From positions 27,220 through 46,171 of the forward strand of contig CAJNOJ010000333.1 in the NCBI GenBank assembly GCA_905250025.1: a stretch of 18,952 nucleotides of DNA, given 5' to 3'. The DNA comes from Adineta ricciae (lineage: Eukaryota). The notes beneath the pieces are model-generated. The model saw only the letters and a list, made by a program, of their open reading frames with translations. It was not told where the DNA came from and ran no database searches. Below, in pieces: positions 10,161 to 18,952 of this stretch. Within the stretch, counting starts at the first letter, position 1; each line of letters opens with the position of its first letter. A program made the position numbers and the translations under genes.

Positions 10161-12101
10161 ATGAATGTCAATGATGAAACATCTGTTAATGATGTTCAAT
10201 TCAATCAAAATTTCTCTCAGGTAATAATCTTTTATTTTATTTTCATTATGACAAATGAGTTTTCATTTAGAGAAGATTTCTTAAAAAATTAATTCCAAAT
10301 TTTTTGCGAAAAAATTCTTCATCTGAAGATGTTGATAATCCATATGCAAATGAATATGCTGATACTGAAGTTTTAGTTCATGGAGAAAAAGTTGATTTAC
10401 ATCGAAATTTACAAGAACGACATATGATCATGATTGCATTAGGTGGAACGATTGGAACGGGATTATTTTTAGCATCTGGACAAGCTTTAGCATCGGCTGG
10501 ACCTGGTGGCTCTTTAGTATCTTATTTAATCATTTCTGTTATGGTTTATTTCGTTATGACGAGTTTAGGTAAAATTATTTGATTTCTTCAATGAAAAAGA
10601 CTTTTATGTTTTTTTTTAAAGCTGAATTAGCAACACAATATCCGATAAGTGGTTCATTTAATACATTTGGAAGTCGATTTGTTGATGAAGCTTTTGGATT
10701 TGCATTAGCATACAATTATTATTTTTCTTGGGTAACAACGATCGCAGGTGAATTAGTTGCTGCTGGTCTCATTGTTCAATATTGGTTGCCACATTTTCCT
10801 TCAATTATTTGGTCAATCCTGGGAATGTTAGTTATGTTTTTATTAAATGCATTTACAGTCAAAGGTTATGGTGAAGCTGAATATTGGTTTGCAATGATTA
10901 AGGTCATAACTGTACTCATATTTCTACTTGTTGGTGTTCTTGTTGATTCGGGTGCTATTGGAAAACCAAGAGAAACAATTGGTTTTAAGAATTGGAAAAT
11001 TGAAGGTGCACCTTTTGTTGGAGGAGTTGCTGGTGTTATTACAACATCAATTATATCTGGTTTTGCTTTTCAAGTACGAAGAATTTCGGTTTTTTTTCTC
11101 AAATATAATCTTCTATCGAATATATATAGGGAACAGAAGCAGTTGGAATTGCAGCTGGTGAAAGCTCCAATCCGAAAAAAGATGTTCCACGTGCAATGAA
11201 TGGAACAATTTGGCGTATTATTTTATTTTTTGTTGGTGCTATTTTTATTATGGGTTTAATTATTCCATATAATGATAAAAAATTAAGTCAAATTAATGGT
11301 GTTGACAGTATCGCTGTTTCCCCATTTACATTAGTATTTAGTCTATCGGGTATTCCAGGAGCTGATCATATTATGAATGTTGTTATTTTAACAACAATCT
11401 TATCAGCTGGTAATTCAGGTCTTTATTTATGTACAAGAATATTTTGGACTTTAGCAAATGAAGGCAAAGCACCGAAAATCTTTCGTCGTTTAACAAAAGG
11501 TGGAATACCAATTTATTGTTTAATTTTAACAACCGTTTTAGCAACTTCTTTATTTGGTTTATCATTTGTTGGAAATCAAGTTATTTACATTTGGTTAGTT
11601 AATATGACGAGTGTTATGGGTTTCATTGCTTGGTTTGGAATCGCTATTGCACATTGGAGATTTCGTCGAGCATTTCTCGCACAAGGTTATTCATTGAATG
11701 ATTTGGTTTATAAAGCGTTATTCTTTCCTGTTGGACCATTTTTGGCATCGCTACTTATTTTACTTTGTGTTTTTGGACAAGGTTATTCAGCATTTACACA
11801 AAAAACTTTTAATTGTACTCAGTTACATGAAGAAGAAACTTATCTTTTTGAATTCAATAATCAATATTTAATCGATAGCGGAAATTCAACAACGTGTACA
11901 AAAACAGTCTTTAATGTTCAAACATTTTTATCTGGTTATGTGATCTTACCAATCCTTGTTATTATGTTTTTCGTTTATAAATATGTTAAGAAAACGAAAT
12001 TTATTCCACTTAAAGATATTGATTTGCTTACTGATAGTGTTATGGAACGTGACCGTTTGAAACGAGAAAGAATACAACAATTACAACAAACAGACGCTTA
12101 A
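10161..12101 (+). CDS. Amino-acid permease of the APC superfamily, AAT/YAT family (LysP / Can1 / Gap1-like), about 593 aa, four exons
   Basis: Model: join(10161..10220,10271..10568,10622..11073,11130..12101), with introns of 50, 53 and 56 bp. Translation: MNVNDETSVNDVQFNQNFSQ|RRFLKKLIPNFLRKNSSSEDVDNPYANEYADTEVLVHGEKVDLHRNLQERHMIMIALGGTIGTGLFLASGQALASAGPGGSLVSYLIISVMVYFVMTSL(A)ELATQYPISGSFNTFGSRFVDEAFGFALAYNYYFSWVTTIAGELVAAG...GYGEAEYWFAMIKVITVLIFLLVGV...GFAFQ|GTEAVGIAAGESSNPKKDVPRAMNGTIWRIILFFVGAIF...MNVVILTTILSAGNSGLYLCTRIFWTLANEGKAPKIF..LTKGGIPIY...FIAWFGIAIAHWRFRRAF... These are all hallmark AAT/YAT motifs. A C-terminal loop insertion carries N-glycosylation sequons and Cys. AATAAA signals lie at 12136 and 12147. 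Confidence 0.85.
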
Positions 12102-12135
12102 TTTTATCTTCTACTTCAATTTCTCTTTTTTCTTC

Positions 12136-12152
12136 AATAAATTTTCAATAAA
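12136..12152 (+). promoter_or_regulatory. Tandem AATAAA polyadenylation-signal candidates, 35-50 nt downstream of the permease stop
   Basis: aataaa at 12136..12141 and 12147..12152. The permease stop is at 12099..12101. Confidence 0.4.
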
Positions 12153-12594
12153 AATCTAAACTAATTATTTAAGTTTCGTGTGTCAATATTCTTTCTTTCA
12201 TTAAGTATCATTTAAATAACACAGTTGACGCAAACATCTTGTGATTTGTCTTCTTCTTCATTTTGTGTTAATCTATGAAATCCTTTGTATCGATAGTTCC
12301 AATTACTAAACATCAAATTATTTCAGTTATTAATATTATTCAAATCAAACGTAATTTACCTATAAACAGCCACATGATACACAATCAAAAAACCCAAAAT
12401 CGATAAAAATATAATCAAACATATGATGAGAAAAAAATATAGTTTTGTTTTGTTAATTGTAATCGCCTGAAGATGTTTCAAATCAGTTAATAAGAATCGA
12501 ATTGTAGACCAATTTTCAACACCTGTATATGTATCTCCTTAGAAATAATAAATGAAATAAATTCAATATTTGAATAAACTAAACGTAAATTAAT

Positions 12595-14153
12595 TTATGA
12601 ATTACTAGTAGATGATTCTATTGTATGTTTCATGTGTATGTCATTATTCTTTTGTATTTGCTCAATAGTATATGGTTTGTCTGGAATAATGACACTATCA
12701 GATGGAATTAGCCTATATATATATCAAAAGTAGATATTGTATGAATATATAAAAATTAATTTTTACCTCGTTATATTACCGGAATATTCTCCCCAACAAA
12801 ATTCAATTAAAGGATTAAATCCTTCCCATTTATTATTATTTAGTACAGTTGGCTCATATGAATACATTGCATATATATTACACATTTCATCATCATGTCT
12901 TTGTCTAATTTTCCCAAATAAAATCTATTCTTTTGTATATAAAATTATTCGATCTTACCCGATGTTAATAATTCTATCATCATTGTTATCATAAACACAT
13001 TGACCAATAATAAAATCATTCTTTTCAATTTGTATAGATGATGAAAGTGGATAAAATGATTGAGGCCATTGTGGATTACTTTTACCAATCTGTAAAATAG
13101 TTTTATTTCGTACTCGATATATTGAAGATACCCTTCCTATGACAATAAATAGTTTCAATGATCTTCCATAAATATATACAAAAAAATCGAACCCCATTGA
13201 TGTGTATGATAGTGAAGAGCAAATATGGATATTGTAGGTCCAAGATAACGACATGAAAAGGGTGTTCGAATATCTAGAGAATTCAATTTGAGTAGGATAA
13301 AAGATACGTAAAAACCTTGTTCGAGTACCTTGTGTTCTTGGTGGTAAAGTGATATTCGATGTACCAGCTAAAAACATTCCTGCATGATACTTTCGCCTAT
13401 AAGATAAAAATGAAATCTTATCTAGAAAAAGGTGGTAACGGTATTTGAAATTATTTATTACATCTTTCGAGTAAAAAGAATTTGGATACCAGAATTATCA
13501 TTGGTAATAATTGGTAAATAATGAATATTCATTACAAGATATTTATATGATGTATTATGACCAACAACAAAACCAGTATCTTAATAGAATAACATTATGA
13601 TTTTTCTTTCTTATCTAGTGAAAAACACCTTTAGGTAATGCTAATGAAGATCCATTTCTTGACCAATCATAAATAATCATTTGTTTATTTCTGCATGCTG
13701 TTCCATCAAACCTATAAAAATAATTTTACTGTTTAATTTTTAAAGTCAAATTATTAAATAATACCAAATAGATTCATTAGATGTGGGAGTAACGCAAGCC
13801 AATGTGAGTATATGATGAGCTGTATTCATATTAACCAATGGTTTAAAATCAACTTCAGTTTTTGAAAGTAAATCATTTTCTCGATAAGTAAAATTTCAAA
13901 CTTACTAATCATCAATTTTTCATCAGGTAATTTATATTGGATATATACTTGTTGATCTCCCTAAAGATGTCAAGAATTATTTTTATAATCGTCGTTTTAT
14001 AATCATATTTACTTCTTTTGTTGTCACATTCTTCATAGTAAAATTAAAAGTGAAATTATCTTCATTATCATAAATATCTTGCGAATGAATGGATTTGATG
14101 TTAATAAGAAGAAAAATCAAAATATTTTGAATGACTAATATTTCTATATTCAT
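12595..14153 (-). CDS. Peptidylglycine alpha-hydroxylating monooxygenase / dopamine beta-hydroxylase-like protein (copper type II ascorbate-dependent monooxygenase fold). Secreted. The CuM His pair is absent.
   Basis: Model on the minus strand: exons 14013..14153 (MNIEILVIQNILIFLLINIKSIHSQ..., signal peptide), 13906..13960, 13765..13852, 13629..13711, 13462..13579, 12959..13396, 12780..12904, and a terminal exon at 12595..12680 (alternative acceptor 12694). Introns are 49-65 bp except the last, which is ~99 bp. All are GT-AG with consistent phases. Alignable with PHM: 'QVYIQYKLPDEKLMIIDFKPLVNMNTAHHILTLACVTPTSNESIW|FDGTACRNKQMIIYDWSRNGSSLALPK|DTGFVVGHNTSYKYLVMNIHYLP...|MRKYHAGMFLAG...SIYRVRNKTILQIGKSNPQWPQSFYP...GQCVYDNN...|GQRHDDEMCNIYAMY...'. 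The 26-nt intron alternative at exon 2/3 was rejected in favour of a 53-bp intron that restores the IDFKP alignment. The last exon is low confidence. Confidence 0.78.
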
Positions 14154-14357
14154 TATTTTATGTTACACTTTTCTTAACATCTAAAAATGTTAAAAACTAA
14201 TAATTGTTAGTTTATTCTACTCAATAAGATGAAAAAAAACGCACAGATCACTTGTAAAAGCAGAAGAAACGCAGTTTTAAATACATTAAATATTTTAAAG
14301 TCTGTTTAAACATTTGCTATCATTGTGAAGCTAGCACATCGATTCTTCGTGCTAGCT

Positions 14358-14788
14358 TCACGCTGGTGTTTTTGCTTGACAGCAACAATAAAAGTTTGTA
14401 TTAGAAGTGCAAATACCCTTATTACTGAGATTTATTGTGGAAGGTGTCATCATTCCTCGACGACGACGGCTACTCGCGAAACTGGTTCCGGAAAAAGACG
14501 TACGACAAGAGCCGTCGTTGCTAACAGGAACAGGGTTGATGACAGTGTCAAAACCACCTTTAGTACAATAGGTGTTACAATTAGTAGAACCAGTAGTGCC
14601 GTCAGATATAGTATAATCAACAGAACAAGTAGCACCTGTTGGCTTAGATGTTGTTGTGGTTGTAGTAGTAGTAGTGGTAGTAGTTGTTGTTGTCGTTGTG
14701 CTGGGAGTGGTAGTAGTAGTTGTCGTTGTCGTTGTGCTGGTAATGGTAGTAGTAGTTGTTATTGTTGTTGTCGTTAGTGGTATGATGA
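14358..14788 (-). CDS. Terminal exon of a mucin-like protein: Thr-rich (ACN)n tract followed by a short Cys-containing C-terminal module
   Basis: Minus-strand translation: VIIPLTTTTITTTTTITSTTTTTTTTTPSTTTTTTTTTTTTTTTSKPTGATCSVDYTISDGTTGSTNCNTYCTKGGFDTVINPVPVSNDGSCRTSFSGTSFASSRRRRGMMTPSTINLSNKGICTSNTNFYCCCQAKTPA*. Stop at 14358..14360; acceptor TATACAG at 14789. A candidate upstream 42-nt Thr-rich exon lies at complement 15133..15174 (acceptor TTTTAG, donor GTGAGT). Confidence 0.5.
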
Positions 14789-15325
14789 CTGTATAAAAAT
14801 GTAATTAGTCTCATTTAATCTTAAGTCGACTAATTCGGGTATTAAACCTTGTCGAAATCCTAAGAGAGTGTAGGTGTATGCGATATTTATGATTTCTCAC
14901 TTATGAATGTTTTTTATTTTGATATATATTTATATTTATGTCTAGCTCATATCAGTTATTCTCAACAATTTTGAAAGAAAATCAATAATATTTTGGAGAC
15001 GGGATGTGATTCATATTTTTCATGAAGTGCATTTCTCAATCCGCGATACCTGTCGTATCATTCAGCGAATTAGTCTGCGACATACACATACAAACCTCTT
15101 CTAACTACATATATCTTAGATAGGACACTCACCTTTTGTTGTAGATATTGTTTGCATCGTTGTAGTTGTTGACACTAAAATAACTGTAAAAAAAAACGAA
15201 GAAGGAATATTGCACACGGTTATAAACTTAGTCGTGAAAAAATCTATTCACAAAGATCTAACATATATATAAATGTCATGAGAAAATAATTGAACGCGAT
15301 CAATAAAAATAGGATGACATCTTTT

Positions 15326-16066
15326 TTATATGTCCTGTTTCAATCCGAGAGACAGACTATGTGAATAAACATGACGATAAATACCTGGTTGAATCTCACT
15401 AAACGAACAGAATGTGAGTCCAATTGTAATTGTTGAACCATTAACCGTTGTCAGCAGTAGTTGTGTTTGTTCACGCAAAGCCGTTTCAACTTTTGTCAAT
15501 GTTTCACGGAATGTCTTTTGACAATTATTCGAGAGACATGTAGATTTAGGTTTCAATATAAATCTAATAAAGAGATAGTCCCCTGATGTGCCCGAATCTA
15601 TGGTACATTGTTGAGCTTTTGATCTAGAAATAAAAAATATATTCAATTTTAGAGCAGTTAGAAGTATGTACTCGATGTCTCGTCGTTTCTTGTACGTATT
15701 TGTTGATACTGATGAAATGAATACAAATTTGGCTGTAGTAACAATAACATTTGGATATTGTGCTGTTAACTGTGAAATAAAAATAACCAAATGTAAAATT
15801 CTATTAATATGAAACAGTATACTAGAGCAGCTAAACTGTCAGCATTGGCAGCTACTACTGTATCAGTACTTTTAAAATTAGTTCCATAAGAGACACTTAT
15901 CATTTCGCTGACTAAAAATAAAGAAATTAAGTTTAATACAGATTAATATGGAAAAAAGTGAGTTCGTACGTGAAGCATTGTTAGTAACAGTGAAATCACT
16001 TCTTGATATGTATGTTGGAATTAAACTGAGCACAATAGCAATTGCAGCTACACAAGGAATACACAT
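15326..16066 (-). CDS. Signal-peptide-bearing Cys-containing protein; three candidate exons. Possibly the 5' part of the mucin-like gene.
   Basis: Minus strand: exon 15970..16066 (MCIPCVAAIAIVLSLIPTYISRSDFTVTNNAS, donor C|GTACGA), exon 15823..15911 (..SEMISVSYGTNFKSTDTVVAANADSLAAL, donor CTA|GTATAC), and exon from 15769 (acceptor TTTCACAG) down to the stop at 15326. An alternative donor CCA G|GTATTT at 15384 could join the 15174 mucin exon in frame. The model is tentative and rests only on splice-motif and frame logic. Confidence 0.35.
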
Positions 16067-16687
16067 TAAGCAACATAAAAAAGCCAGTGGCGTTCGTTTC
16101 CTGTAAAAAAAATGAAAATATTTTCTTATAGAAGATATTGCATATTCTATTATTGATCAAGACATAAATCTGACTATAGTATGTTTCTTATTGGCAACCA
16201 ACACAAAACTGTAGTAGTCACTCGAAAAATGTGAATGTAAAATAACACTCCTACCGTAACTTAATTGCTGTGCCATTATTCGTATCCATTTCAAGAGTTG
16301 TCAGATGACACGTACAGATAGTTAAAAATGCAATTATTTATCAAAACGATAAAGAAAATCTAAAAAAGATAAATTTCATTTAAGCTGGATAACAAAGAAG
16401 TGACGCCCATTCGTTGACTCTTTTTTGAAAGAGTTAGAAAAATAGTAGATAAAAATCCTCACTTTAATCTCAATCTAATCGGCTACGAACTGAAGTCTCT
16501 TTTATGCACATTCCTCCATTTTACCTCCTTCTACTTTATTCATGTCAAATTACCTCCAATTCGTTTGCCCAAATATGTCAGCAAAATAAATACTGTTTCG
16601 AAACATTTATTCATCGACTTTCTTTCGACTAGTTAAAATAAAAAATTAATTTACTTCCACTTATTTTATCTCTTCTAAGTGACCATA

Positions 16688-17004
16688 TGATGCGTTATAG
16701 TGTTTACCAGGAAATTCTATCTGTTTTCGGTATCAACTGATTTCCCGGAAATTGAATTTCTTGATCAGACAAACCGAACAGTACAAATAGTTATAATGCT
16801 CATATAGGGCATCTGGAGGGCGAGGGTGTGAGGTGGGTGTCGGTAGGGATTTCTCTCAGTGAGGGTACCGGGTGGGTGTCTGTGCCCTATATGAGCATTA
16901 TAACTATTTGTACTGTTCGGTTTGTCTGATCAAGAAATTCAATTTCCGGGAAATTAGTTGGTACCGAAAACATAGAATTTCCTGGTAAACACTATAACGC
17001 ATCA
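16688..17004. repeat. Foldback element: two ~123-bp arms (16688..16811 and 16883..17004) that are reverse complements at about 97% identity, around a 71-bp G-rich loop. MITE-like, foldback-transposon-like or a hairpin-RNA locus.
   Basis: Direct reading: the left arm tgatgcgttatagtgtttaccaggaaattctatctgttttcggtatcaactgatttcccgg...gctcatatagggca equals the reverse complement of the right arm, except for a 2-bp indel and two substitutions. The loop is tctggagggcgagggtgtgaggtgggtgtcggtagggatttctctcagtgagggtaccgggtgggtgtctg. No clear target-site duplication. Confidence 0.8.
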
Positions 17005-17297
17005 AATCTTTCCGGCCGGCTATTCAAAGAATACTGTACCTCCCCTCCTCCCGCTACGGCAAAATGTATCCATATGGATATATCCGGCTGGGAAGGGTTA
17101 AATTACTAATATCATAATGTGAGATATACCAGATCTTTTTATGTAGGCTCCGTAAACTACTGCCGTTGTACATATCACATCCGGGAATTGTGTTCAAACA
17201 ATTACCTTTTACAACAGAATTTTTAAAAAACACAGAAAAATATCTCCTTTGAAACAAGAAAGGAAGAAGTGTAAGCTTGGTGAATAAGAAAAAAACT

Positions 17298-17439
17298 AAG
17301 CTCAGATTTGAATTCTACGGCATCGATTACCCTTCGGTCAACCCTTAGTGTGAACATTATTATTCTATGCATAGTTAATTAATAATTAGTTAAAGCTAAC
17401 CTCAGATTGAAGTTCCCCGATCTCGATTATCGTACCGGT
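17298..17439 (+). repeat. Two degenerate ~42-47-bp direct repeats (about 75% identical) flanking an AT-rich palindromic spacer
   Basis: Unit A 17298..17338: aagctcagatttgaattctacggcatcgattacccttcggt. Unit B 17393..17439: aagctaacctcagattgaagttccccgatctcgattatcgtaccggt. The spacer contains ttaattaataattagttaa. Confidence 0.35.
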
Positions 17440-18361
17440 AATCATTTTCTAACAACTATCGATCAATTTCATTGATTTTAGAAATGCTCATTTCTGATTG
17501 AATAGGACAGACAGACAAACTTTAAGCTTTTTAGCACAGCATCTAAATGCTGTATAATCCTTTCTCTCAGAAAAGGGAAATAAAAAATCCCAAAAAAGCC
17601 TTAAAAGGATGAAAATTTCAGAAAAACATTCAAGAACTCGTTTCCTCACCTCCAGATACACAACTCGATGGGCTCCATCGACTTCAATCATAAAAAAATC
17701 TCCACACGCAACCTCATGACTGAAACATAATACGATACGATTTGTGGACCGCTGTTAAGGCAAATGAATAAGACTCACTTTTTGGGTACATAAAAAGGTG
17801 AATGACTGGTATATCTACTACGCCTTTAGTTACTTGTCTACTAATACACGAAAATGTGAATAAATATTTTCCATTTATACAGTCGCGAATATGCTAGTTT
17901 TTGTATTTTTTCTTGTTTTTGTGAATGTTCGCTTATACGGAGCTTTTGATGTCATTTTTTGTATACGATTGTTTTTATCCGTTCTTATCAACCGTTGTAT
18001 ATAAAATAAAAATTTGTTTTCACCAATAAGCTTATGCATTCTTCATTATATTTACAAGGAAAATGTAATCGGTGTCAAGCTGAGACACAATTTCGTTTGG
18101 ATGACTTCACAACGCTCAAGCCAATATGATTCGGTCGGTTAGTTTCATTTTACGACGATCATCCTGGACCGATCAAAACGTATGCAAAAGTTTCTTTGAC
18201 AAACAGAAACAATAATAAACAAGAATTCTTTACGATTAATATTAAAATAATTTCATTAATATATAAATATCAATAGAAGTTGAAAATTTGAACCAGAGCG
18301 AGTAAATTCTTTTTAAGATTTATTTTGAGTATTTTTTGTATAGTTCATTGTAAACCAGAGC

Positions 18362-18400
18362 TGAGCACAGGACAGGACAGAAAATCTTGTCCTGTGCTCA
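18362..18400. other. Perfect 12-bp stem / 15-nt loop hairpin
   Basis: tgagcacaggac-aggacagaaaatctt-gtcctgtgctca. The motif aaccagagc occurs twice just upstream, at ~18289 and ~18354. Confidence 0.4.
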
Positions 18401-18952
18401 TCTCTATTGTCAACACGATTGCATCTAGTGAAGTCGATGTTTACAGTTCCAATATAATTCTATAGGATTTTATCGACAAAAGACCAGTCATTGTATATGT
18501 TTTGAAAGGGTTTTTTACATATAATTTAACCCTTTGAGCCCCGACGACGCATATATGCGTCCAAATGCAATTATTTGACAAAGATACTCCTGATATAGTT
18601 TTTAATTGTTTATAACGCCTCTCACTCGTTTTATTTGATGTTACGACTCTTGAGTAATCCTCATTTCTTCCCTTTCTGCTTATTAATAATACATATTTAT
18701 ATTCTATGTGCTTTCTTTCGTTCTGTATGACAGTACACACTATCTCTCATTCTAGCACATTCCAAAACAGTCACTAAAATGGTACAAGAAGCTATTTTTC
18801 CATGTTTTGCATATGCCAGTGTACAATGCATTTGTTATTCAAAAAATGTAGAACAATATTTCCTCTGATCTATCTGATTTTCGACTTGAAGTAATCAGAC
18901 AAATTTTGACGAAGTGTGGACCACAAAGATCAACTACGATTGGGAGACCATC

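Noticed and set aside
10928-11565. Alternate-frame ORFs inside the permease exons (10928..11161 plus; 11383..11565 minus)
   Set aside because: They overlap a strongly supported coding frame with hallmark transporter motifs. The alternate frames are Leu/Lys-rich artefacts.
12737-12994. Plus-strand 85-aa ORF overlapping the PHM-like exon on the minus strand
   Set aside because: Hydrophobic low-complexity translation with no motif. The minus strand here encodes the conserved …GQRHDDEMCNIYAMY… PHM block, so the plus ORF is a frame artefact.
13880-13905. A 26-nt intron (GTAAGT…CGAG) between exons 2 and 3 of the PHM-like gene
   Set aside because: It is far shorter than every other intron in the window (49-70 bp) and gave a poorer alignment. 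Using the same donor with the acceptor CTGAAG at 13853 (53-bp intron) restores the conserved …LMIIDFKPLVNMNTAHH… block.
14325-14777. Plus-strand 150-aa Cys/Ser/Arg-rich ORF (…CCCGCSSSSGSSCCCRCAGSG…)
   Set aside because: It is the opposite-strand shadow of the (ACN)n Thr-codon microsatellite. The minus-strand frame gives a coherent mucin-like protein with an acceptor site and a stop. The plus-strand frame has no start or splice logic and is pure low complexity.
17054-18740. Three 67-99-aa minus-strand ORFs in the gene-poor block (17054..17257, 17488..17691, 18441..18740), considered as possible transposase remnants
   Set aside because: There are no DDE/RT/RNase H/integrase-like motifs, no flanking terminal repeats matched to them, and the lengths are within random expectation. 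Left unannotated.
1-18952. Search for CRISPR arrays, rRNA and tRNA genes
   Set aside because: There are no regularly spaced direct repeats with unique spacers, no rRNA-like conserved blocks, and no cloverleaf-compatible segments with a GTTCGANTC-type T-loop that I could find by eye. Not exhaustive without tRNAscan/Infernal.

Overview
The window is AT-rich (about 30% GC) eukaryotic nuclear DNA with short GT-AG spliceosomal introns of 49-70 bp (typically GTAAGT...TTTAG). The first ~16 kb is very gene-dense; the last ~2.8 kb is gene-poor and repeat-rich. It is not prokaryotic. The six-frame track uses bacterial start codons, so several of its 'M' residues are TTG and similar, not real starts.

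I splice-reconstructed eight protein-coding genes by hand:
1. A PARP4 / vault-PARP-like gene (+, 1..3830). It has a PARP regulatory helical domain, a PARP catalytic domain with the H-Y-E triad, a VIT domain and a vWA domain with a DxSxS MIDAS motif. Its 5' end lies outside the window.
2. An unusual gene (+, 4083..6405). It encodes a metazoan-type calmodulin with degenerate EF-hands that continues in frame, through an acidic Ser/Lys-rich linker, into an Hsp70 substrate-binding domain ([15 protein letters not shown]...) plus lid. No Hsp70 ATPase domain is present. A hydrophobic segment sits near the C-terminus.
3. A single-exon gene for a secreted, heavily N-glycosylated orphan protein (+, 6848..7618).
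4. A secreted 7-blade Kelch beta-propeller gene (-, 7725..9392), convergent with gene 3.
5. A microbial-type AAT/YAT-family amino-acid permease of the APC superfamily (+, 10161..12101). It is LysP/Can1/Gap1-like and interrupted by three short introns. In a metazoan host this is a horizontal-transfer candidate.
6. A PHM/DBH-like copper type II monooxygenase homologue (-, 12595..14153). It keeps the CuH histidines and the CuM methionine but lacks the two CuM histidines.
7. A Thr-rich mucin-like gene (-, terminal exon 14358..14788).
8. An upstream signal-peptide, Cys-containing protein (-, ~15326..16066). It may be part of gene 7.

The gene-poor block from 16.1 kb onward contains:
- a 317-bp foldback element (16688..17004) with two ~123-bp arms about 97% identical to each other in inverted orientation. 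Its loop is G-rich and G-quadruplex-prone, with degenerate TGTGGG-like hexamers;
- a C-rich tract and a palindrome;
- a pair of degenerate direct repeats;
- a perfect 12-bp-stem hairpin.

No rRNA, tRNA or CRISPR was recognised.

Host inference is low-moderate confidence: a metazoan with a compact AT-rich genome. The calmodulin peptides are identical to animal calmodulin over long stretches, and the metazoan-wide animal-CaM identity is the main evidence for a metazoan host. Gene density, intron size and the telomere-like motifs are compatible with a bdelloid-rotifer-like subtelomeric region. I cannot verify this without a database search.
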